A stretch of DNA of 63,005 bases, filler included, from Actinomycetota bacterium (lineage in GTDB: Bacteria > Actinomycetota > CADDZG01 > JAHWKV01 > JAOPZY01): the NCBI GenBank assembly GCA_025963875.1. It is 6 parts of 6 records of this genome, joined end to end, with 100 filler letters (N's around TTAATTAATTAA, not from the genome) between each part and the next. Parts side by side here need not be neighbours in the genome. Positions count along the whole stretch, not along the records: positions 1 to 17,305 come from JAOPZY010000256.1; 5 more parts are not named here. One strand, 5' to 3'. A program made the position numbers and the translations under genes. Under the pieces are notes generated by a model, which saw only the letters and a list, made by a program, of their open reading frames with translations, did not search any database and was not told the origin of the DNA. Position 1 is the stretch's first letter. The number at the start of each line of letters is the position of its first letter. Below, piece by piece: positions 1-8,901 of the stretch.

Positions 1-380
1 GGCTGGGCCGCCGCCGGGGCGGGCTTGGGGGCCGCGGCAGGCGCGGCGGCGGGAGCCTCGCTGGCCCTCGGCGCAGGAGCCGCCTTCTCTGCCTCCGGCA
101 TCGGCTTCGGCGCCGAAGGCGCAGCCGGTGGTGCTTCTTCGCCGGCGCCCGCGATCTCTGCGATCACGGATCCGACGGTGACGGTCTCGCCCTCCCCGGC
201 GTGGATCCGGCTCACGGTGCCGGAAACGGGGGAAGGGATCTCGCTGTCAACCTTGTCGGTGGACACTTCGACGAGGGGCTCGTCCATGCCGACGGCCTCT
301 CCCTCACGCTTCAGCCAGCGCGTGATGGTGCCCTCGACCACGGTCTCGCCCAGTTGCGGCATCTTGACTTGGGTCGCCAT
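1..380 (-). CDS. 2-oxo acid dehydrogenase E2 (dihydrolipoamide acyltransferase), N-terminal lipoyl domain; runs off window start
   Basis: Not in the ORF track. Hand translation of the reverse strand from ATG at 380 gives [51 protein letters not shown] (lipoyl TDK motif) followed by a Pro/Ala linker. AGGAG RBS upstream. Confidence 0.93.
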   Translation of the reverse strand, partial: MATQVKMPQLGETVVEGTITRWLKREGEAVGMDEPLVEVSTDKVDSEIPSPVSGTVSRIHAGEGETVTVGSVIAEIAGAGEEAPPAAPSAPKPMPEAEKAAPAPRASEAPAAAPAAAPKPAPAAAQ

Positions 381-454
381 GGGTTCACTCTCCTGCTATC
401 TGTGGCCGGTCACCTGATCCTACCTGCGAATCGGTCGCCCCTACACTTAGACGC

Positions 455-826
455 GTGGGCATGTTTGCGCGTGACGAGTTCGAAGTATTGGTCGGGGAGG
501 CCCTGGACGAGCTGCCCCCCAGGCTCATGAAGGCGATCTCCAACGTCCAGGTCGTCGTCCAGGACCTGCCGGGACCCGAGGCCGGCGGGGCGCATCTCGC
601 TCCCAACGCCATCCTGCTCGGCCTCTACACCGGCATCCCCCTCACGCAGCGGGGCACGGGCTATGCCGGGGTCCTGCCGGACCGGATCACGATCTACCAG
701 GACAACATCGAACGGGTAGCGGGCTCGCCCGACGCCATCCGGGCCCAGGTGCGCCAGACCGTGATCCACGAGTTCGCCCACCACTTCGGCATCAGCGACG
801 AGCGCCTGTCGGAGCTCGGCTGGTAA
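455..826 (+). CDS. Zincin-like metallopeptidase family protein (DUF1025/MMP-like)
   Basis: LLGLYTGIPLT...LPDRITIY...TVIHEFAHHFGI (HExxH). Start may be ATG 461. Confidence 0.9.
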   Translation: MGMFARDEFEVLVGEALDELPPRLMKAISNVQVVVQDLPGPEAGGAHLAPNAILLGLYTGIPLTQRGTGYAGVLPDRITIYQDNIERVAGSPDAIRAQVRQTVIHEFAHHFGISDERLSELGW

Positions 827-1763
827 ATCTGTGGCTCGGTCCTAGGTTCTGTGGGCCTCCCGGACCGCAATGATCCGAGCCATCTGCGCCGACGAGTCGC
901 ACCGGGTCGCGAACCTTGATCTCGGTCACAGGAACGATCAACCACCCTTCGCCGAACAGGTCGATGTTGCGTTCGATATCGGCGGCCCAGTCCGGGAGCG
1001 TCGAGTGATGCTCGTAACTGAGAGCCTCGAAGCCGGTCGAGACGTACGGGTACGCAGTGTCCGGGTACCTCCAGCGCCCGTCCGAGAGCTGGACCGGGTA
1101 CTCGAAGAACGGCTCCGGCAGCAGCCCGGCCCTGTAGGCGTCGAGGGCGATCTTCTCGAACCTGCGCTGCAGTCCGCTGTCGACGTGGCGGCGGTGACCC
1201 TTGCGCTCCTCCAGTAGCTCGAGCAACTCCCCCGCCCCTTTGCGCCCCTTGGTCCCCATCGCCTCCAGGCGGTTGGAGAGCAGGGCGAGGGGCACCTTGC
1301 GCTTGGCAATCAGGTGATCCACAAGCCCCGGGGCCATCGCGGGCATCTCGAGGGACAGGTCGATCGCCGTTCGGGCAAGTGAGGTCACCGGGATCCCGTT
1401 GAGCCTTCGGCGGTCCACCGGCTGAACAAAGGTGGTCCGGTGGACCTCGAAGCCCTCAAGGACCACCTTGCGACGCTGAGGGATGATGACCTCGAGCCTG
1501 GGCTCGATCTCCGGCAACCGCCACAGCGCACCAGCTGCCCGATGAGAGGCAATGGCGTCGCCGGAGAGGCACCCGGCCATAAGGGCTTGCTCCCATGTCT
1601 GGGGCGCCCCCACCCGGCCGTAGACCCCGGCATACACCCTCCGCCAGTTGTTGTTGCTTGCCAGCCAGCGCCACTCGGCGAACGACATGCCCGCTTTGAG
1701 GGCCTGCTCTCGGGAGATCAAGCCATGTTGTGATGCGCAAAGGTCATGTAAAGCACCGTACAT
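792..1763 (-). CDS. AbiEi-antitoxin-like N-terminal domain / DUF559-like nuclease-fold protein
   Basis: QHGLISREQAL...RVYAGVY, ASHRAAGALW, IPVTSLARTAIDL, C-terminal RYPDTAY/EALSYEHH. The extreme C-terminus may be frameshifted (alternative stop 842-844). Confidence 0.8.
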   Translation of the reverse strand: MYGALHDLCASQHGLISREQALKAGMSFAEWRWLASNNNWRRVYAGVYGRVGAPQTWEQALMAGCLSGDAIASHRAAGALWRLPEIEPRLEVIIPQRRKVVLEGFEVHRTTFVQPVDRRRLNGIPVTSLARTAIDLSLEMPAMAPGLVDHLIAKRKVPLALLSNRLEAMGTKGRKGAGELLELLEERKGHRRHVDSGLQRRFEKIALDAYRAGLLPEPFFEYPVQLSDGRWRYPDTAYPYVSTGFEALSYEHHSTLPDWAADIERNIDLFGEGWLIVPVTEIKVRDPVRLVGADGSDHCGPGGPQNLGPSHRFTSRAPTGARR

Positions 1764-1868
1764 ATACCCATTATGGCGGTGAGTGGTGACAAAATGTGGC
1801 GTGTTTCGAGGTTAGGTAAAAAAGTGCTGCTATAGCTGACAAAATTACCTAACCTCCCGGCCCGAGGT

Positions 1869-3248
1869 CTAGCCCAGGGGGGTTCCGGCCGTCTCGATCG
1901 TCTCCCGGTAGGCAGCCGGCAGGACGAGGTCGTTCTCCACCGCCACCTTGCCGTTGGTGGCATCCACCAGCACCGTCGCCGGCTGGCCGTTCAGGTAGGG
2001 GGTCAGGTCGATGCTCGCCCGCTGCCCGGGCGTGACCCCCACGCTGGCAAGCGGGGCCGGCGCCAGCGGGCCGGCAGCGGTGAGGATCGTCACCTTGCAG
2101 AAGGCCTTGTCCGGGCCGTCGGTGACGAGGGCCAGGGTGTCGGTGCCCCCGGCGGCCGAGCCGGCCGCCACGACCCAGCGTGCCGCGGTGGCGGGGGCGC
2201 CCTGGACGGTCTGGTAGGCGCCCTGCGGCCCCACCGTCAGGCGCTCGGCAACGACGGGCACACCGTTGGTCGACGTGAGGATCGTTGCGTGACGGGTCCC
2301 GCCCGGGACCTGATCGGACACCTTGATCGCCTTTCGGCCCCCGGCGGGCACCGGCACGTCCTGGACCCCCACCGGTCCCGTCCCGCTCTCGACCATGTAG
2401 ACGGTGCTGACCAGCGCCTCGTGGTCGCTCGGGTTGGCCACGACGATGTCCTCTTCGCCCGAGGCCGGGACGTCGCCGCCGGGCAGCAGCCAGCGGGCGC
2501 TCGGGGCGGTGGCTCCCACGTCCAGGGCGACGCCGCGCGTCCCATCCCGCGCGGCCACCCGCAGCAGCCGGCCGACCACGACCCGGCCCCGTGACGCGGT
2601 GACGTCCAGCCCGAACGAGGCCATCTCCGGGAAGAAGTCGCCGAGGAACAGGGAGGTCTGGGAGAGCTGCGGGATCTCGACGTGGCTGAGACCGGAAGGG
2701 ATCTGGTCGCCCTTGTCGCCGAGCACGCGCACCGTCACGACCGCCTCTTCCGGGAAGGGGTTCGTCACGAGCAGGTAGCTGTCGTAGCCGGGCGCCGTGC
2801 TGGCGACGGGAAAGAGCCACCGCGTGCCCGGCTGCCGGCTGCACCGGCCCGTCGTCCCGCCGATGATCGCGGCGAGCGTCGAAACGTGGCTGCCGGTGGC
2901 CCCGCCGAAGGCCTCGACCGTGACCGGCACCTTGGCGGCCGACGGGGCGGCGGGTACGCCACCGAGGGTCCCCGCGCCGAGGTCCGCCTCGGCGGTGGCC
3001 CCGGACGCCCCCGTCCCCGAGCGGCGCACGTGGACCGGCCCGGCGCCGAGGTTGGCCGTCCAGACGGTCGACCCGAGGCCCTGCGCCGTCGGGGCCGGGC
3101 AGTACCAGGCCTCCGAGAGGGGCGCCGGGGTCGCCGAGACGGTCACCGGGCTGGCGGCGGTCCTCGAGGGCACGATGCCGTCGAGCGCCCAGGCCCCGCC
3201 CATGACGATCACGATCACCAGGGCGAAGGTGAGCTCCGCTCGACGCAT
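1869..3248 (-). CDS. DUF5719-like secreted/membrane-anchored protein
   Basis: Start MRRAELTFALVIVIVMGG overlaps the upstream GT2 stop (TGATG). WYCP, YLLVTNPF and VANPS repeats. Typical position after the actinobacterial GT2. Confidence 0.75.
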   Translation of the reverse strand: MRRAELTFALVIVIVMGGAWALDGIVPSRTAASPVTVSATPAPLSEAWYCPAPTAQGLGSTVWTANLGAGPVHVRRSGTGASGATAEADLGAGTLGGVPAAPSAAKVPVTVEAFGGATGSHVSTLAAIIGGTTGRCSRQPGTRWLFPVASTAPGYDSYLLVTNPFPEEAVVTVRVLGDKGDQIPSGLSHVEIPQLSQTSLFLGDFFPEMASFGLDVTASRGRVVVGRLLRVAARDGTRGVALDVGATAPSARWLLPGGDVPASGEEDIVVANPSDHEALVSTVYMVESGTGPVGVQDVPVPAGGRKAIKVSDQVPGGTRHATILTSTNGVPVVAERLTVGPQGAYQTVQGAPATAARWVVAAGSAAGGTDTLALVTDGPDKAFCKVTILTAAGPLAPAPLASVGVTPGQRASIDLTPYLNGQPATVLVDATNGKVAVENDLVLPAAYRETIETAGTPLG

Positions 3249-6200
3249 CAGCGACGCCCCTGGCGAGGGCGAGGGCGAGGGGCCTCCGGTGCCGGGGCCC
3301 GGGGGGTGGGTGCCACGACGCGCACCCGGGAGCTCGGCACCCGCGCCAGAGGACGCTCGGCCTTGACGTCCAGGAGCGGAGGGGGCCCTTTCCCGTCGGC
3401 CTTGTGCATCCGGGCTGCGAACGCCATTGCCAGCGCAAGCGCGATCAGCGCCCCTCCGCCGACCACCCAGGCAATGCGGATCCACTCCCCTGCGTAGCTG
3501 ATCCGGACGGTCCCGGAGGCGCCGGGCGGCACGGTGAAACGGTTGGCCCAGCCGAACGCCTCGCCGTGCTGCAAGCTCTCGACCCCGATGGTGGCGTTCC
3601 ATCCCGGGCTGTAGACCTCGCCCAGCACGAGGGAGCGGGACGGAATGGCCGCCGTCACGTGCCCGGAGAAGGACCCCAGCGACCGCCGCCCCAGACCGCT
3701 CTCCGCCGGTACGGGGGGCCACTGCGCCCGCAGGACCGCCTCGGGGTCGCTGCTGCCACTCGCCGCCGCGGCCTCGAGCGGCGGCGGCGCCAGGGCAGCG
3801 ATCGGGAGGGATCCGAGGTTGGTGTAGATGTCGACCTGGGCGAGCTGCTGCTGCAGGGCGAGGTCCTGCTGGATGATGACCGCCTGCATCGTGGCGGCGT
3901 CCGCGTGGTCGACGATCACGAAGCGGATCCCCGCGGTCGCCAGGAGGTGCCCGGCCAGATGGGTGCGCCCTGCCAGGAGCGCGTCGACCCCCCTGGACAG
4001 CCAGGCACCGGCCGGCCCACCGCCGGGCGGTGCCGTGTCGAGCAGGGACAGCCCGTCCGGACCGGTGACGACGTAGGGCACCGTCCTCTCCGGCCTGAGG
4101 CCCGTCCGGAGCGGGTCGACGAAGTGCTGCCCCAGCCAGAGGACGCGGAACTGGCTGTCGCTGGTGGCGGCCGAACCCTGCACCGCAGCCAGCGCCGCCG
4201 ACTCGGGACCGGTCCCCGTGACGGCGCTGGCCGGCGGGGCGCTCCACGATGCCAGCGTCGGTACCCAGCCGCCCAGCACGGCGGCGGCGGAGAGGATCGC
4301 CGCACCTGCCCCGACCGTATGGCGCAGACCCGCCGCATGGCGAGGGAGGTCCTGGGCAAGACCGGCCAGCAGGTAGCCGGCACAGGCAGCGAGGGCGACG
4401 AGCGGCAGGACCAGCCAGAGGGCCGGGGAGGCGACCGGCGCCGGGAGCCACCCCTTGGCGACCAGCCCCGCCCACAACCCGAAGACCACGATCACGCTGG
4501 CGAGGACGCGGACCTCCCGCCGCCGCGAGGTCGAGACGACCAGGAGCGATCCCACGACGATGGCGATCGCGGCGAGCCCGGCGAGGGTCGAGACACCGGG
4601 AGCCAGCAGCAACGCATGCGCAAAGCTCACCGGCGACCAGAGGGGCCGCAGGGCATTGCCCCCGCCCGCGCCGGCGAAGAGTGGGCCGAGGATGGCCCCG
4701 TGGGGGTGCAGGGCCTCGAGCGACCAGGGGACGAGGACCACGGCGGCGACGACCGAGGAACCAAGCAGCCACGCCAGCCGCCGGGGCGCCTCGCCCGACG
4801 AGGGACGCTCCCTGAGCGCCCGGAAGCCGGCGACGAGCCAGAGCGCAACGATCGCCACGAGCGCGCTCGGCGCCAACGCGACGACAACGGCGCTCAGCAG
4901 GGCGAGGCGCATGGCCTGGCGTGCGAGGGCGTCCGACGAGGCAGGGACCGCTGGCCGCACTCCCCCGCCCGGCGAACCCGGCGGGGCCGCGCCGGGGGCG
5001 GGGCCGAGCATCCGCAGGGCCATCTCGAGGAGGTACGGGGCCGCGGCGTACAGGGCCAGGGCGCCGAGGTCCCCGGTGACCATGGTGAGGCGCATGACCG
5101 GCGCCAGGGCATAGATGGCGACCGCCGCGATGCGGGCGGGGATGAAGGTCGTCCGCCGCTTGACGAACCGGTTGATGCCGAAGAGCCCGAGGGCGAGCAG
5201 CAGGCCGACCAGCAGCTTCTGGGCAAGCGCCGCGTTGCCGAACGCGGCGATCCCGACCAGCCAGAACAGCGGCAGGGCGGGCGACGGCGCCCCCGTGGTC
5301 CCGAGTCCGATCTCACGCCAACGGGCGAAGTAATCGCTGAGCAACCGGTGGGTCTCGACGGGGAACGGCCAGAGCGACCCGGCCCCCACCGGGGGCCCGA
5401 GCAGCACGTGGCGGGCGGCGAGCACCAGCACGAGGGCAATGAGGAGGGAGGCAAGCGCCGACGGCGACCGGGCCCAGCGCCCGAGGCGCGAGGCGATGGC
5501 GCCCGGGGTCAGGTTCGCGAAGGTCTTGGCGCCGAGCCGGACGGTCTCCTCGCCCCACTGCATGAGCCGGCGCTCGAGGAAGATCCGGGCGCGCGGAAGA
5601 TCCCGCACCATGTACCGGCGGACCCGCCGGTCGGAGATCTTCCGGCGTCGCTGGATCGCGCGCCGCCGCCGGGCGACGTCCGGCACGGTTTTGAGGAACC
5701 ACGCGTAGGCCCGCAGGTAGGGGGGGATCTCGCTGAAGCGCCGGAGGGCCGCCAGCAGCACCATCTCGGCCCCCAGCACGCCCGTGTAGAGCGCGACGAG
5801 CAGCAGCACCCGGGTCGTCGAGGTGTTCTTGGCGATGGTCCGCAACCGGTTGCGTCGGGTGAAGTAGCGGATGGACTGAGCGGGGGGACTCTCGCGCCGC
5901 CCCGTCGCCATCGCCATCGCATGGTAGAAGTACGCCTTCGGCGCCACCACCACGGGGAACCCCAGCATCCGGGCACGGATGCACAGGTCGAGGTCCTCCC
6001 CGAACAGGAAGTACGCGGGGTCCCAGGAGCCCCCCCGCTCCACCGTCGCCCGGCTGACCAGGATGCAGGCGCTCGTGACGAACAGGACGTCCCGGCGCAC
6101 GTCGTGCTGGCCCTGGTCGATCTCACCCTCCTCGAGGCCCGAGACCGGGTAGCCGAACTCGTCCGCCGACATCCCGACCTCGAGCAGGACCTCGGGCTCG

Positions 6201-6601
6201 TCCCAGGACAGCCCCTTGCCGCCGACCACGCCCGCCTCGGTCTCGAGGGCCGACGCGACGAGGAGGCCGACGCAGTCCTGGTCGAGAGCGACGTCGTCAT
6301 GGAGGAAGAGGTAGTACTCGGCCCTCCGGGCGTCCGGGGAGACCTCGAGCACCCGGTTGGCGGCGGCCCCGAAACCGACATTACGGCTGAAGTGCATGAC
6401 GGAGGCGTCGGGCAAGAGCTGCTCGACCAGGCCAGGCACCAGATCCCGATCCTCCGAGGCGTTGTCGACGACGACGACCTCGAGGGCCGGATAGGACTGG
6501 AGCGCGAGGGACTTGAGACAGGTGGGAAGCCAGCGACGCCCGTTGCGGGTCACCACGACCGCCAGGACCAGCGGCCAGGGGATTGCGTCCGGCTCGGTCA
6601 T
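3248..6601 (-). CDS. Large glycosyltransferase family 2 integral membrane protein
   Basis: N-terminal GT2 (VVVTRNG, VDNAS, NVGFGAAAN, LHDD, GEDLDLCIRA) followed by many hydrophobic segments. Start taken at ATG 6601. Confidence 0.88.
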   Translation of the reverse strand: MTEPDAIPWPLVLAVVVTRNGRRWLPTCLKSLALQSYPALEVVVVDNASEDRDLVPGLVEQLLPDASVMHFSRNVGFGAAANRVLEVSPDARRAEYYLFLHDDVALDQDCVGLLVASALETEAGVVGGKGLSWDEPEVLLEVGMSADEFGYPVSGLEEGEIDQGQHDVRRDVLFVTSACILVSRATVERGGSWDPAYFLFGEDLDLCIRARMLGFPVVVAPKAYFYHAMAMATGRRESPPAQSIRYFTRRNRLRTIAKNTSTTRVLLLVALYTGVLGAEMVLLAALRRFSEIPPYLRAYAWFLKTVPDVARRRRAIQRRRKISDRRVRRYMVRDLPRARIFLERRLMQWGEETVRLGAKTFANLTPGAIASRLGRWARSPSALASLLIALVLVLAARHVLLGPPVGAGSLWPFPVETHRLLSDYFARWREIGLGTTGAPSPALPLFWLVGIAAFGNAALAQKLLVGLLLALGLFGINRFVKRRTTFIPARIAAVAIYALAPVMRLTMVTGDLGALALYAAAPYLLEMALRMLGPAPGAAPPGSPGGGVRPAVPASSDALARQAMRLALLSAVVVALAPSALVAIVALWLVAGFRALRERPSSGEAPRRLAWLLGSSVVAAVVLVPWSLEALHPHGAILGPLFAGAGGGNALRPLWSPVSFAHALLLAPGVSTLAGLAAIAIVVGSLLVVSTSRRREVRVLASVIVVFGLWAGLVAKGWLPAPVASPALWLVLPLVALAACAGYLLAGLAQDLPRHAAGLRHTVGAGAAILSAAAVLGGWVPTLASWSAPPASAVTGTGPESAALAAVQGSAATSDSQFRVLWLGQHFVDPLRTGLRPERTVPYVVTGPDGLSLLDTAPPGGGPAGAWLSRGVDALLAGRTHLAGHLLATAGIRFVIVDHADAATMQAVIIQQDLALQQQLAQVDIYTNLGSLPIAALAPPPLEAAAASGSSDPEAVLRAQWPPVPAESGLGRRSLGSFSGHVTAAIPSRSLVLGEVYSPGWNATIGVESLQHGEAFGWANRFTVPPGASGTVRISYAGEWIRIAWVVGGGALIALALAMAFAARMHKADGKGPPPLLDVKAERPLARVPSSRVRVVAPTPRAPAPEAPRPRPRQGRR

Positions 6602-6659
6602 GCCGAAGGAGGACCGAGGCGAGGACTGGGGAGGGGCGGCGGGAGAAGAATGGGGCAAA

Positions 6660-7703
6660 TTATAGGGGCGGTTTGCGACTGCGACGGCCGCGGCGCCCGG
6701 CATCGCCTTCTTCGGGGGAGTAGCTCCCCCGAACCCCCTGTTCGCGAACCGGGGTCGGGCCGGCCAGGTCGTGCGGGCCAGCCGGGGCCGACACCTGGTG
6801 CGGGCCGGACGGCCCGGACACGTAGTTCCCACCGGGAGGCGGCTGGCCTCCCACCATCCCGACGCCGTAGGCATCGAGCGGAGGCGGCGGCAAACTGCCG
6901 TCGCGTTTGCGGGTCCGGCCGGCATCCCTGCGCTGCTTGCGGTTGTCGTCCGCCTCACGCAGGCCCGCAGCGATCCGGTTGCGCTCCCGCGGCTTGGCGA
7001 CCCCTGCGAACTCGTCCAGGAGGTCGGCCAGGATCTGGTCGCGCTGGCGCTCGAGGCGCTCCTCCCGCTCGGCCAGACGGGCGAACAGGGACCCTTGAGC
7101 GACCGCGAGCTCGGATGCCGCCCGCACCAGCCGGCTCTGGACCACCTGCATGATCCGACCGACGGGGTCGAGGGCCTTGAGGATCGCCTCCGCAACCTCC
7201 TGCTGGCGGGTTTCGATGTTCTCGCCGAGCTCCTTGAGGGCAGCAACGGTGGTGGCCGTCAGGTCCCCGTCCCCGAACGAGCTCTGCAGCTCGCCGACGC
7301 GGTTCGCCAGGACCGACATCCCCTCCTGGGTGCGCCACTCCACGGCTTCGAGCGTACGGGCGATTCCGTCGAGCTTGACCGTCAGCGCCTTCTTGAGGGA
7401 CGCCTGCTCGCCTTCCAGGAGTTCGATGCGGTGCTGGAGGGACTCCATCGCATCCTGGCGGGCGACCAGCTCGACGACACCACGCATCCCGTCGAGCTCG
7501 GTCCGCACGGCCGTGAGGGCGTCACGGGACGCCTGCAGGACCTCCATGAAGCCCTGCTGCTCGCGTCCCTGCTCCGCGATCGCCGACTCCAGCAACTTGT
7601 CGAGGCGGCTGCGGAAGCCGGGGTTGTCGGGGTACTCAGTTGCGATGGCGTCCCACCTGGATGTTCCTCCTGCCGGATCGCGGACATTGCGCTTTGCGGG
7701 CAT
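6660..7703 (-). CDS. Hypothetical coiled-coil protein with Pro/Gly-rich C-terminal tail
   Basis: 347-aa ORF with host-like codon usage and heptad-rich E/L/R/A composition. Confidence 0.7.
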   Translation of the reverse strand: MPAKRNVRDPAGGTSRWDAIATEYPDNPGFRSRLDKLLESAIAEQGREQQGFMEVLQASRDALTAVRTELDGMRGVVELVARQDAMESLQHRIELLEGEQASLKKALTVKLDGIARTLEAVEWRTQEGMSVLANRVGELQSSFGDGDLTATTVAALKELGENIETRQQEVAEAILKALDPVGRIMQVVQSRLVRAASELAVAQGSLFARLAEREERLERQRDQILADLLDEFAGVAKPRERNRIAAGLREADDNRKQRRDAGRTRKRDGSLPPPPLDAYGVGMVGGQPPPGGNYVSGPSGPHQVSAPAGPHDLAGPTPVREQGVRGSYSPEEGDAGRRGRRSRKPPL

Positions 7704-7707
7704 CTCG

Positions 7708-7737
7708 TTTTCGCAGACCGCCCATTTTCGCAGACCG
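7708..7737. repeat. 13-bp direct repeat pair TTTTCGCAGACCG
   Basis: Exact copies at 7708-7720 and 7725-7737, just upstream of the 7703 start codon. Confidence 0.7.
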
Positions 7738-7943
7738 GGGCCTCACCGGCACGGATACCGGTGCTCACTACGTCGCCCGGCCGGCGCCTCACCAAATCTC
7801 TCGGTGCAGACCGGAGAGTTAAATGAAGGTTAAATTCATCCAGTAAATTCAACAAAGTACCTCAATCATTCCCGTTCCAGGTCTTAAACACTTACAATCA
7901 CGCCTCCCGGAGAACCGGCACGAAGTTAACAGAAGAGAAATGG

Positions 7944-8375
7944 ATGAAAACTACGTGCCCAAAGTCGGTGATCATTCTTGGAGCCGACGGATACCTCGGC
8001 TGGCCGATGTGCCTGCACCTGTCGCGGCCGGGCCATCGGGTCGTCGCGGTCGACAACCTGGTACGGCGGCAGTGGAACGTCGAGGGCGGCTCCTACAGCC
8101 TCGTGCCGATCGCTCCGATGGAGCAGCGGGTTGCACGCTGGCGGGCTGAGACCGGGCTCGAGATCGAGTGGCGGCCGATGGACATCTGCGATGGGGAGCC
8201 CCCACCCGCCTCTTCGGCGAGGTCAAGCCCGAGGCCGTGGTCCATTTCGCCGAGCACCGGTCGGCTCCCTTCTCGATGATCGACCAGGAGCACGCCGTCC
8301 GCACCCAGATCAACAACGTCGTGGGGAGGCTGAATGTCATGTTCGCCATCAAGCAGGCGGTTCCCGACTGCCACC
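7944..8375 (+). pseudogene. sqdB: UDP-sulfoquinovose synthase-like (SqdB/Agl3) NAD-dependent epimerase, frameshifted and truncated
   Basis: VIILGADGYLGWP...VDNLVRR...SLVPIA in one frame continues as VVHFAEHRSAPFSMID...QINNVVG.LNVMFAI...PDCH in another (shift near 8195-8210). Similarity then stops. Confidence 0.85.
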
Positions 8376-8901
8376 GTACGGCGATGGATACCCAGACGCC
8401 GACCGGGAAGCCGACCCCGTGTCGGCGTCGCTGCCGCTGCCTGGTCCGCGCTGAAGGGCCGAGTCCGACCCCAATGGCCACGGGCGCCGCGCTTCCCCCA
8501 CGACGAGCAGACGCAGGGAAAGTCGGGCAAACCTCCAGTGGTGGGGACGAGGGCTCCAGGCGGAGAGGCGCTTGATCTCCGCGGAAACTGGTAACGGGCC
8601 GTGTTCCCTCGGCGCGGGCCAGTGACACACCAGGATTTGTGGCGACGAAATCCAAACCTGGCTCGGGATCAACAGGTTGAAACTAAACTGGTCACATCTT
8701 TTCCCTAAGAGTGCAAACGTATCGTATGTTACCGAATGGGTGGGGGTCGGTCGAGTCAAGCACTACGGATGGAGGTGTCAAGGGGGACGTGGTGGCGCGC
8801 AATCCGACGGCTCGCTGGGGAGGAGTGGCGGCGGCCGGCAAGGTGATGGCTGGCTCGGTCCGGGCAATGGTTGTCTCGTCCCGGCCGGTTTGGGTCCACC
8901 G

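Noticed and set aside
792..1763. Complete AbiE type IV toxin-antitoxin or defence system
   Set aside because: There is no AbiEii nucleotidyltransferase neighbour. Solo AbiEi/DUF559-type genes are common in actinobacteria.
3404..7153. 1249-aa plus-strand ORF and other long antisense or alternate-frame ORFs (e.g. 31765-34125, 21356-23245, 48248-50227)
   Set aside because: These are shadow ORFs expected in high-GC DNA. They lie opposite genes with clear family motifs and have Arg/Gly/Pro-rich composition with no motifs.
1869..7246. ORF-track lengths of 967 aa and 1332 aa as giant fusion proteins
   Set aside because: The N-terminal extensions overlap neighbouring real genes. Credible starts are 3248 and 6601.
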